Assembly: GCA_045656865.1 (NCBI GenBank)
Contig: JAZOSB010000025.1
Coordinates: 8,032 to 72,031 of the forward strand
Source of the DNA: Clostridia bacterium
GTDB taxonomy: Bacteria > Bacillota > Clostridia > UMGS1883
Direction: 5' to 3'
DNA length: 64,000 nt
Made by a program: the position numbers and the translations under genes. Positions within the stretch are counted from its first letter, which is position 1, and every line of letters begins with the position of its first letter. The notes beneath the pieces were generated by a model. It searched no databases. It had not been told where the DNA came from and saw nothing but the letters and a program-made list of their open reading frames with translations. Shown here piece after piece: positions 47,825-55,410 of this stretch.

Positions 47825-47867
47825 AATAGTATTTGTATAATATGCATGAATTTATACAAATACTATT
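47825..47867. promoter_or_regulatory. Perfect 16-bp inverted repeat operator in the divergent XRE promoter region
   Basis: AATAGTATTTGTATAA, an 11-nt spacer, then TTATACAAATACTATT. It overlaps a TTGACC-16-TAATAT promoter for the plus-strand gene. Two TTGACCTAT direct repeats lie at 47791 and 47816. Confidence 0.7.
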
Positions 47868-47882
47868 TTTGAGGTGAACACA

Positions 47883-48110
47883 ATGAAAAACAAGAAGGAT
47901 GATGATAACTACAAGTATAGTGATAAATATGATGATGCTGTTGAATTGTTTCTTTTTTCGGTTGATGAAATAGAGAAAGCCTTAGACGGTATGAAAGTAC
48001 TGCACCTTACCCATTTAATGGAGATGTTAGGTGTAATATTGACAGAACAGAAAAAAGCAGCTTACCATCAGGGATTTATTGCAGGGAAAAATTCTTCCAA
48101 GGAGAATTAA
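47883..48110 (+). CDS. Hypothetical 75-aa protein divergent from the XRE gene
   Basis: The ATG at 47883 lies 6 nt after GAGGTG. The N-terminus is Asp/Lys-rich. I recognise no family. Confidence 0.5.
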   Translation: MKNKKDDDNYKYSDKYDDAVELFLFSVDEIEKALDGMKVLHLTHLMEMLGVILTEQKKAAYHQGFIAGKNSSKEN

Positions 48111-48161
48111 AAAAATTTTGTTGTAAAATATACTTTTTTGTTAAAAGTATGCGAAAAACTC

Positions 48162-48191
48162 TTGATTTTCACTTATTCTTAGTATTATAAT
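48162..48191 (+). promoter_or_regulatory. SigA-type promoter reading into the repeat-rich region upstream of potA
   Basis: TTGATT, an 18-nt spacer, then TATAAT (a second overlapping TATAAT at 48191-48196). There is no ORF downstream for about 860 nt. Confidence 0.55.
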
Positions 48192-48246
48192 ATAATAAGC
48201 AAATGATTTCTTTGGAATCTTAATGCGAATATAGGACCACTTCCTT

Positions 48247-48523
48247 CAACCATTACAGAATCATCCGAATCCGCCTTAAACCACGAAATTCAGGCATCTT
48301 TTGGCTTGTTGTCCTTGAAAGGCGTCAGCCTGCCTTCGTCCGCCGCGCCAAAATCTGCACAAAATTTCGGGAGTTTAAGGTTCGAAGAATTTTTTGCGAA
48401 CTATTTTTCTGCCGATACAAGGCAAAAACGTATTCCATACTGTCGTATGGGATAGGTTTTTAACGACGTAGTGACAAAAAAGAGAAAGCAAAAAACGTAA
48501 TTCGGATAATACTGTAATGGTTG
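48247..48523. repeat. Nested-palindrome intergenic element, copy B1 (277 bp)
   Basis: Termini CAACCATTACAG.../...CTGTAATGGTTG pair. With copy C it shares the blocks ATCCGAATCCGCCT, AAGGCGTCAGCCT, CCAAAATCT, ACAAGGCAAAAACG and AGAGAAAGC in the same order. Confidence 0.8.
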
Positions 48524-48640
48524 CGGAGTCGAGGCCATACGGACAGCCGGGTCCACTGCCGATTGGCGGTTTTCCGCCTTTATTGATTAAATTAGTTTTA
48601 TAAGTTGGTTACTTTATAACCGAAATGCGTAATTACGCTG

Positions 48641-48798
48641 AGCCGAACAGTAATAATCCAAACCGTGTTTTTTGCTTCCTATTTTTCGCCACTACGGCGT
48701 TAAAAGACTTGCATATACTGACGCCTTTCAAGGACGACAAATTAAAAAATGCCTAAATTTCACCGCTTGAGGCAGGTTTGGACTGTTACTGTTCGGCT
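48641..48798. repeat. Nested-palindrome element, copy B2 (158 bp, inverted and internally deleted)
   Basis: Termini AGCCGAACAGTAATAATCCAAACC / GGTTTGGACTGTTACTGTTCGGCT. Its reverse complement contains TTGTCGTCCTTGAAAGGCGTCAG (B1 has TTGTTGTCCTTGAAAGGCGTCAG) and the ...TTTTAACGCCGTAGTGGCGAAAAA... block. Confidence 0.75.
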
Positions 48799-48884
48799 GA
48801 CTTGTGAAATGGTCAATAAGAGTAGTGACTCTGTATGTCCAATATCTTAGATTTCCTTAGGGAGTCTGTCTTTTTTGAGATATT

Positions 48885-48919
48885 AACACAAGCTAAGTAA
48901 TTACGGCTTGTGTTTTTTA
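48885..48919 (+). terminator. Terminator-like hairpin in the potA leader
   Basis: AACACAAGC, a 12-nt loop, GCTTGTGTT, then TTTTT. Confidence 0.55.
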
Positions 48920-48972
48920 CTTTATGCCGTGCGAGAATTTCCTCGCCACGCTCGGAAAACGCACATGGCACA

Positions 48973-49030
48973 ACAAAGTGATTATCTCCGCACCGCAGGT
49001 GCAGTGACGGAGTCGCTTTGTTCTTTATTT
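48973..49030 (+). terminator. Three-tier hairpin plus T-rich tract just before the potA SD
   Basis: ACAAAG/CTTTGT, CTCCG/CGGAG and GCACC-GCA-GGTGC nested, followed by TCTTTATTT. The potA SD begins about 7 nt later. Confidence 0.5.
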
Positions 49031-49051
49031 ACATAAAAAGAGGTGTTTCAG

Positions 49052-50539
49052 ATGGCAAACAACGTAATCATCGAGCTTAAAAATGTATCCAAGCATTTCG
49101 GGCAGACGTATGCTGTGGAGGATTTCAATCTTTATGTCAAGAAAGGGGAATTTGTAACCTTTTTGGGGCCCAGCGGCTGTGGAAAGACTACCACCCTCCG
49201 AATGATTGCAGGATTCGAGCTTCCTACGGGCGGACAAATTCTCTTAAACGGAGAGGATATTTCCCTGCTTCCGCCGTACAAACGCCCCGTAAATACAGTT
49301 TTCCAGAAGTATGCTCTTTTTCCTCATATGGATGTGTATGACAACATCGCATTCGGTTTGAAGCTGAAGAAAATTCCTGACGGGGACAAAATGAGAAAGC
49401 TTACCAAAGAGGAAATTGACAAAAAAGTCAGGAAAGCTCTTAAAATAGTTGACCTTGAAGAGTACGAAAACCGTGATATATCCACTCTTTCAGGCGGTCA
49501 GCAGCAGAGAATTGCCATTGCCCGTGCGATTGTAAACGAGCCTGAAATTCTTCTCCTTGACGAGCCTTTGGGCGCTCTCGATTTGAAAATGAGAAAGGAT
49601 ATGCAGCTTGAGCTTAAGGAAATGCACAAAAAGCTCGGCATTACCTTTATATATGTAACCCACGACCAGGAGGAGGCACTTACCCTCTCCGACACGATTG
49701 TGGTTATGAAGGACGGTATGATTCAGCAAATCGGCACCCCTGAGGACATTTATAACGAGCCTAACAATGCCTTTGTTGCGAACTTCATCGGTGAAAGCAA
49801 TATTTACAGCGGTACGGTGACAGGTGACAAAAAAGTCAGATTTATTAACCACGTTTTCGATTGTGTTGATGAATTTCCCAAAAATGAAAAGGTCGACGTT
49901 GTTATCCGTCCTGAGGATGTGCATATTACTGATGCATCGAGTGGTATGGCAAAGGGAAAGATTGTCAGCAAAATTTTCAAAGGAATCCACTACGAATATA
50001 TTATGATGGTCGGCAGAAACGAGCTTGTCATAGTTGATACAAGGGATTTGAATGTGGACGAAACCTACGGCTTTGACATTGAGCCTGATGGTATTCACAT
50101 TATGAAAAAGGAGCTTACCGCCAATATTTATAACGATGCCTACATTGACAAGGAAAACCGTGTTGTTATTTCAGAATGTCCCTTTGAATGTGACATTACG
50201 ACCCTTGTGCAGGGCTCAATCGTTGACAGTGAGGGCTATGTTGTAGGTCCTGACGGTACACGTTATGATTTTACCGATGCGGATGTCCGTGCGGAGATAG
50301 GACTCAAGGATATTGAAATCCTTGACGACGAGGAGGCAGGTATCGTAAAGGGTGAGATTGTTTCCATTATATATAAGGGTGACCATTATCAGCTTACAAT
50401 CCGTACTCCCGAGGATGAGGATTTCGTTCTGGATACGGAATACACATATGACGAAAACGACCTTGTAGGTCTTAATGTACGGTCTCAGGACATAAAGCTT
50501 ACATTGAAAGGAGAGGCGAAGAAGTATGCGAAAAAATAA
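49052..50539 (+). CDS. potA: Spermidine/putrescine ABC transporter ATP-binding protein with duplicated C-terminal TOBE-like domain
   Basis: Walker [10 protein letters not shown], signature LSGGQQQR and Walker B LLLDEP. At 495 aa it is about 120-145 aa longer than usual PotA. The ATG at 49052 follows AGAGGTG. Confidence 0.9.
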   Translation: MANNVIIELKNVSKHFGQTYAVEDFNLYVKKGEFVTFLGPSGCGKTTTLRMIAGFELPTGGQILLNGEDISLLPPYKRPVNTVFQKYALFPHMDVYDNIAFGLKLKKIPDGDKMRKLTKEEIDKKVRKALKIVDLEEYENRDISTLSGGQQQRIAIARAIVNEPEILLLDEPLGALDLKMRKDMQLELKEMHKKLGITFIYVTHDQEEALTLSDTIVVMKDGMIQQIGTPEDIYNEPNNAFVANFIGESNIYSGTVTGDKKVRFINHVFDCVDEFPKNEKVDVVIRPEDVHITDASSGMAKGKIVSKIFKGIHYEYIMMVGRNELVIVDTRDLNVDETYGFDIEPDGIHIMKKELTANIYNDAYIDKENRVVISECPFECDITTLVQGSIVDSEGYVVGPDGTRYDFTDADVRAEIGLKDIEILDDEEAGIVKGEIVSIIYKGDHYQLTIRTPEDEDFVLDTEYTYDENDLVGLNVRSQDIKLTLKGEAKKYAKK

Positions 50540-51323
50540 ACTTTTTTCCAGAAAAACTCTCGCCCTGCCTTATGCTGTCTTTATGATTCTGTTTGTTGTG
50601 ATTCCGCTTTTCCTGATTGTGATGTACGCATTTACGGATGCAGACGGAAAGTTTACCTTTGATAATTTCCGTACATTTTTCTCCGGCGGACACAACATAA
50701 ACACATTGATGTTCAGTATATTTATAGGTATGGCGAATACGGCACTCTGCCTGCTTTTGGGCTACCCTGCCGCTTACATACTGGCGAAAAAGGAAATGGG
50801 CTTCGGCAAGGCAACAGTGCTTCTGTTTGTAATGCCAATGTGGATAAACTTCGTTCTTCGTACCGCCGCAACGAGAGACCTTCTCTTTGCAATGGGTATC
50901 TCAGGCGGTGAGCATCCCTATTTTGCCACAATGATTGGTATGGTGTATAACTACCTGCCATTTGTAATTCTGCCCCTTTACACCACTATGACAAAGATGG
51001 ATTTAAGCCTTATTGAGGCATCCTACGACCTTGGTGCAAACAAGGTGCAGACATTCTTTAAAACGGTGCTTCCTATGACTATGCCTGGGATTGCATCTGC
51101 GGCAACAATGGTGTTTATGCCCACCATGAGCAGCTTTGTAATAAGTGACGTTATGGGTGAAAGAAAGATTTCCCTTATCGGTAACAGTATTCAGCTTTAT
51201 TTCGACCAGGGCTTGTGGAATTTAGGCAGTCTTGTTGCCCTCATAATGCTTATAATTATGGCATTCGGTGCACTCTGTGCCGATTCAGAGGGTGAAAGTG
51301 ATGCGAGAGGGGGTCTGTGGTAA
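50526..51323 (+). CDS. potB: Spermidine/putrescine ABC transporter permease
   Basis: 265 aa with 6 TM segments and an EAA-type loop ([20 protein letters not shown]). It overlaps potA by 14 nt. Confidence 0.88.
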   Translation: MRKNKLFSRKTLALPYAVFMILFVVIPLFLIVMYAFTDADGKFTFDNFRTFFSGGHNINTLMFSIFIGMANTALCLLLGYPAAYILAKKEMGFGKATVLLFVMPMWINFVLRTAATRDLLFAMGISGGEHPYFATMIGMVYNYLPFVILPLYTTMTKMDLSLIEASYDLGANKVQTFFKTVLPMTMPGIASAATMVFMPTMSSFVISDVMGERKISLIGNSIQLYFDQGLWNLGSLVALIMLIIMAFGALCADSEGESDARGGLW

Positions 51324-52132
51324 TGAAGAAAAAGTTTTCTTTTGCAGAGTTTCTCAGCAAATTTTACGTGTATATTCTGCTTTTGGTTATGTATGCCCCG
51401 CTATTGCTTCTGATTGTATTCAGCTTTACCAATACGAAAATTATCGGTAAATGGGACGGCTTCAGTTTGCATCTTTACAAGGCTCTCTTTAAGGATGCCG
51501 AGATTATGCAGGCATTCGGTAACACATTCTTAGTTGCAATTTCCTCTGCCGTGGTTTCTACAATCTTAGGAACAATGGGTGCAATAGGCATTTTTTACAG
51601 CGGAAAGAGAAGCAAGGCGATAATGGAGGGAATCAGCAACATTCCCGTTATAAATGCGGAAATCGTTACGGCACTTTCCCTTACCATCCTTTTTGTTATG
51701 GCGGGTGTGACATTTAACTTTATCACACTTCTTATTGGTCACGTAGTGCTGACAATCCCCTTTGTTATACTGGCTGTACGTCCTAAGCTTATGCAGATGG
51801 ACCCCAATATTTACGAGGCGGCACTTGATTTGGGTGCAACTCCCAAAAAGGCACTGAGGACAATAGTAATTCCCCAGATAATGCCGGGAATTGTGTCAGG
51901 TTTTATCCTGTCAATCACCTTAAGTCTTGATGATTACATTATTACCGCATTCACGAGAGATACGGCATTTCAGACACTCAGCACCTATGTGTACGGTGTC
52001 ACCAGCAAAAAGGGTACACTTCCGCCGTCACTTCGTGCGCTGACTACTATTATTACGCTTATTGCCCTTTTAATACTTATTATTGTGAATATTAACAGTT
52101 CCGGGGAGAAAAAGAAAAATGAAAAAATTTAG
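51323..52132 (+). CDS. potC: Spermidine/putrescine ABC transporter permease
   Basis: EAA loop (EAALDLGATPKKALRTIVIP). Its ATG overlaps the potB stop (TAATG). Confidence 0.88.
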   Translation: MKKKFSFAEFLSKFYVYILLLVMYAPLLLLIVFSFTNTKIIGKWDGFSLHLYKALFKDAEIMQAFGNTFLVAISSAVVSTILGTMGAIGIFYSGKRSKAIMEGISNIPVINAEIVTALSLTILFVMAGVTFNFITLLIGHVVLTIPFVILAVRPKLMQMDPNIYEAALDLGATPKKALRTIVIPQIMPGIVSGFILSITLSLDDYIITAFTRDTAFQTLSTYVYGVTSKKGTLPPSLRALTTIITLIALLILIIVNINSSGEKKKNEKI

Positions 52133-53555
52133 TGCATTTATACTTTGCCTTATATTATGCTTTTCCTATGCCCCCTTGTCCTTTGCGGAGGAAACGGTGC
52201 TGAAGGTTTATAACTGGCAGGACTATATTGACGAGGGGAAAGACGACGACGGTGCGAAAATTTCAGATTCAGTTATGGAGCTGTGGGAAAAGGATTACTA
52301 TACTCGCACAGGAAAAAAGGTGCGTGTTCAGTATGACACCTTTGAAACAAACGAAACGATGTTAAATACCCTGCGGACAGGGCGTTCCGACTATGACCTT
52401 GTGTGTCCGTCGGACTATGTTATCCAGAAAATGATTTCCGCGACGGAAAAAGGCAATGACGAAAATATTGCCATTGAGAAATTTGATATATCGGCAATGC
52501 CCAACTACACGAAAAATGTTTCTCCGTATATTTCAGACTTGTTTGAAAAGAACGGCTGGACAGAATATTCGGTAGCATATATGTGGGGCACGGTAGGTTT
52601 TCTCTACAATCCCGAAACGGTTTTGAGGGAAGATATTTCCACGTGGGATTTCTTCTGGAATACCGATTACAGAAACAGAATGACTTGCAAGGACGTTTCA
52701 CGTGATGCCTATGTTATAGGCTCGCTCTACGTCCACCGTAACGAATTGCGTGAAGCAAATGAAAAGTATAAAAAAGGTGAAATTTCAGCCGAAGAATTGC
52801 AGAAAATTGTAAATGCCGCGGCAAACGACACCACGGAGGAAAACATTGCAAACGTAGAAATTGCCCTTTCCGATATGAAAAAGAACATCTACGGCTTTGA
52901 GGTAGACTCCGGTAAGACCGATATTGTATCGGGAAAAATCAGCGCAAACCTTGCGTGGAGCGGTGATGCGGTTTACGCAATGGACCTTGCCGAGGAGGAG
53001 GACGGGAAAGAGCTTGAATTTGTAATTCCCAACGAAGGCAGTACCATATATTTTGACGGATGGGTTATGCCTAAAGGGGCAAATGTGGAGCTTGCTCAGG
53101 ATTTTGTTGACTTTTTGTGCAGACCGGAAATAGCTGTTATGAATATGGATTATATCGGTTATACCAGTGCTATTGCAGGTGACGAAATCTTCGACCTTGT
53201 ATGCGAAAATTACGAGGACGAGGACGGAGAGTACGAGTACGACCTTTCCTATTTTTTCAACGGAACTTTGTCCGATGACAAGTACACCGACGGAAAGGCA
53301 ATCATCCGTACAAACACATTCGGCAGACAGCTTACCACACAGTACCCCTCTACCGACGAGGTTTCACGATGCGGTATTATGGAGGATTTCGGGGACAGAA
53401 ACGAAGCAGTTCTTGAAATGTGGAGCAAGGTCAAGAGCAACAATATCACAGCATTTTCCTACGTGATGATGGCGTTCCTCGCCCTTGTTGCAGCATTTAT
53501 GCTGACATCCTCAATAAAGAAGAAATTGAAAAAGAAAAAAAGAATGAGAAGATAA
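52119..53555 (+). CDS. potD: Spermidine/putrescine-binding protein with extra C-terminal membrane anchor
   Basis: 478 aa. It has a cleavable signal peptide (LSFA/EE), the PotD/PotF SBP fold (VYNWQDYI...), then a C-terminal TM helix (AFSYVMMAFLALVAAFMLT) and a poly-Lys/Arg tail. Confidence 0.85.
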   Translation: MKKFSAFILCLILCFSYAPLSFAEETVLKVYNWQDYIDEGKDDDGAKISDSVMELWEKDYYTRTGKKVRVQYDTFETNETMLNTLRTGRSDYDLVCPSDYVIQKMISATEKGNDENIAIEKFDISAMPNYTKNVSPYISDLFEKNGWTEYSVAYMWGTVGFLYNPETVLREDISTWDFFWNTDYRNRMTCKDVSRDAYVIGSLYVHRNELREANEKYKKGEISAEELQKIVNAAANDTTEENIANVEIALSDMKKNIYGFEVDSGKTDIVSGKISANLAWSGDAVYAMDLAEEEDGKELEFVIPNEGSTIYFDGWVMPKGANVELAQDFVDFLCRPEIAVMNMDYIGYTSAIAGDEIFDLVCENYEDEDGEYEYDLSYFFNGTLSDDKYTDGKAIIRTNTFGRQLTTQYPSTDEVSRCGIMEDFGDRNEAVLEMWSKVKSNNITAFSYVMMAFLALVAAFMLTSSIKKKLKKKKRMRR

Positions 53556-53556
53556 T

Positions 53557-53590
53557 AAAAAGTGCGGTTCATTTTGAACTGCACTTTTTT
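53557..53590 (+). terminator. potABCD terminator
   Basis: AGTGCGGTTC-ATTTT-GAACTGCACT (one G-U in the plus sense) followed by T6. Confidence 0.85.
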
Positions 53591-53594
53591 GACA

Positions 53595-53682
53595 GGATGG
53601 ATTCGCTTTTCTGCGGAAAAGCCGTCTCGCGGCTCTGACAGTCCACCGGACTGTCATTCACTACCGCTCGTTCGAATCCTCC
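53595..53682. other. Multi-hairpin element containing a duplicated tRNA-Tyr 3-prime fragment
   Basis: AGGATGGATTCG (53594-53605) is identical to part of the tRNA-Tyr T-arm/acceptor (53742-53753). It pairs with CGAATCCTCC (53673-53682). The stem encloses hairpins GCTTTTC/GAAAAGC, GCCG/CGGC and GACAGTC/GACTGTC. Confidence 0.45.
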
Positions 53683-53695
53683 GTTTCTATGCACC

Positions 53696-53732
53696 ACAAG
53701 AAAAGCACTATCATACGATAGTGCTTTTCTTG
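53696..53732 (-). terminator. Hairpin after the tRNA pair
   Basis: A 17-bp stem ACAAGAAAAGCACTATC/GATAGTGCTTTTCTTGT with a 4-nt loop, immediately after the tRNA-Tyr CCA. Confidence 0.65.
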
Positions 53733-53817
53733 TGGTGGGAGAGGATGGATTCGAACCATCGAAGTCAGTGACAACAGATTTACAGTCTGCCCCCTTTGGC
53801 CGCTCGGGAACTCTCCC
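53733..53817 (-). tRNA. tRNA-Tyr (GTA), class II with long variable arm, CCA encoded
   Basis: In the minus sense: GGGAGAG TT CCCGAGCGGCCAAAGGG G GCAGA CTGTAAA TCTGT TGTCACTGACTTC GATGG TTCGAAT CCATC CTCTCCC A CCA. Confidence 0.92.
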
Positions 53818-53893
53818 TGGAGCTGGTGATGGGACTCGAACCCGCAACCTGCTGATTACAAATCAGCTGCTCTGCCAATTGAGCTACACCAGC
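53818..53893 (-). tRNA. tRNA-Thr (TGT), CCA encoded
   Basis: In the minus sense: GCTGGTG TA GCTC AATTGGCA GAGC A GCTGA TTTGTAA TCAGC AGGTT GCGGG TTCGAGT CCCAT CACCAGC T CCA. As read, the T-stem has one G-U and one C-A mismatch. Confidence 0.85.
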
Positions 53894-53930
53894 TTGTATT
53901 TAGTTTGTCACGACCCGTGACACGCATATT

Positions 53931-53959
53931 ATAATAGCACAGGAATTTCTTCTTGTCAA
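53931..53959 (-). promoter_or_regulatory. SigA promoter for the tRNA-Thr/Tyr operon
   Basis: In the minus sense: TTGACA, a 17-nt spacer, then TATTAT, ending about 37 nt upstream of the tRNA-Thr 5-prime end. Confidence 0.65.
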
Positions 53960-54103
53960 CATTTTTTTATAAATTTTTTAATTTTTTTGGACAGGCAGGT
54001 TTTTCTGCCCCAATTCAAAAATTCTTATTGCCTTTTTCGTGAAAAAAGTATAAAATAATATAATAGCGGTAGTGTACCGCTTTGGCGAAAGGACTTGATA
54101 AAG

Positions 54104-55399
54104 ATGTTACACACAAATTTGAGTATTAACGAAAAAGGACACCTCAGTTTTGCAGGTGTTGACACGGTGGAGCTTGCAAAAGAATACAAGACCCCTCTCT
54201 ACGTTCTTGACGAGGAGCGTGTTCGGGAGAAGTGCCGTGCATATATAAATTCGATGAAGAAGTATTTTGGCGAGGATGCTCAGGCACTTTATGCCAGCAA
54301 GGCACTGAGCTTCAAGGAAATATACAGAATTGTGAAGGATGAAAATATGTCCGTTGATGTAGTTTCGGGCGGAGAAATATATACCGCCAAGGAATCAGGC
54401 TTTCCTATGGATAGAGTGTATTTCCACGGAAACAACAAAACGGATGACGAAATAGCTTTTGCAATGGATTGCGGTGTAGGCTTCTTTATGGCAGACTGCC
54501 GTGAGGAGCTTTTGGCAATCAGCCGTATTGCAGGGGAAAAAGGCATCACACAGAAAATTATTATGCGTCTTACCCCCGGAATTGATACACATACCTACGA
54601 AGCGGTAAGAACAGGTCAGGTAGATTCCAAGTTCGGTACAGCAATTGAAACGGGGCAGGCTATAAAAATGGTGGAATTTGCCCTTTCTCTTCCCAACATT
54701 TCGTTGGAGGGCTTTCATTGCCACGTAGGTTCTCAGGTTTTTGACGGAGAAACCTTCTGCCAGAGTGCGGAGATTATGATAGATTTTATTGCTCTTATTA
54801 AAAAAGAGCTTGGCTACGAGGCAAAAATTCTCAACCTCGGCGGTGGCTTCGGTGTAAGATATGTGGAATCCGACCCCCATCTTGATATAGAAAACACAAT
54901 TAAGGAAATAAGTGTTTACGTAAAAAATAAATGTGCCTCTGCAAATATAAATATGCCAAAAATTCTTATGGAGCCGGGCAGAAGTATTGTTGCTGATGCA
55001 GGGCTGACTCTTTACAGTGTGGGCAGTGTAAAAACAATTACAGGTTACAAGAGCTATGCCTCGGTTGACGGCGGTATGGGTGACAATCCCCGCTATGCCC
55101 TTTATGGAAGCTTATACAGTGCCCTCATTGCAAATAAGGCAGACAAGGAAGCTTCTTTCAAATGTACAATTGCAGGAAAATGCTGTGAAAGTGGTGACCT
55201 TATTGCAGAGGACATAAAACTGCAGAAATGTGAAAAAGGTGACATCCTCGCAGTGCTTACCACAGGTGCGTACAACTACTCAATGGCATCAAACTACAAC
55301 AGAATCCCCCGTCCCCCCATTGTTATATTAAAGGACGGAAAAAGTCGTATCGGCGTAAAGAGAGAAACCTACGAAGATGTAGTTAAAAATGATATGTAA
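54104..55399 (+). CDS. lysA: Diaminopimelate decarboxylase
   Basis: About 431 aa, fold-III PLP decarboxylase (YASKA PLP-lysine region, GGGFGV, EPGRSIVA, CESGD). I chose the ATG at 54104 because the track start at 54095 is a TTG. Confidence 0.93.
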   Translation: MLHTNLSINEKGHLSFAGVDTVELAKEYKTPLYVLDEERVREKCRAYINSMKKYFGEDAQALYASKALSFKEIYRIVKDENMSVDVVSGGEIYTAKESGFPMDRVYFHGNNKTDDEIAFAMDCGVGFFMADCREELLAISRIAGEKGITQKIIMRLTPGIDTHTYEAVRTGQVDSKFGTAIETGQAIKMVEFALSLPNISLEGFHCHVGSQVFDGETFCQSAEIMIDFIALIKKELGYEAKILNLGGGFGVRYVESDPHLDIENTIKEISVYVKNKCASANINMPKILMEPGRSIVADAGLTLYSVGSVKTITGYKSYASVDGGMGDNPRYALYGSLYSALIANKADKEASFKCTIAGKCCESGDLIAEDIKLQKCEKGDILAVLTTGAYNYSMASNYNRIPRPPIVILKDGKSRIGVKRETYEDVVKNDM

Positions 55400-55410
55400 G
55401 GAGCAATCTT

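Noticed and set aside
49025-49237. 70-aa minus-strand ORF overlapping the potA start
   Set aside because: It is antisense to the Walker-A-containing N-terminus of potA and has no SD.
53595-53682. Possibility that the cloverleaf-like element is a tRNA-Sec or other non-canonical tRNA
   Set aside because: A 6-bp stem with a 4-nt loop superficially recalls a tRNA-Sec D-arm. However, there is no UCA anticodon loop, the T-stem flanking TTCGAAT does not pair, and no proper acceptor/CCA register exists on either strand.
53562-53920. ORFs (69, 92 and 62 aa) across 53562-53920
   Set aside because: They overlap the two clear tRNA genes and their terminator, so they are artefacts of tRNA sequence.
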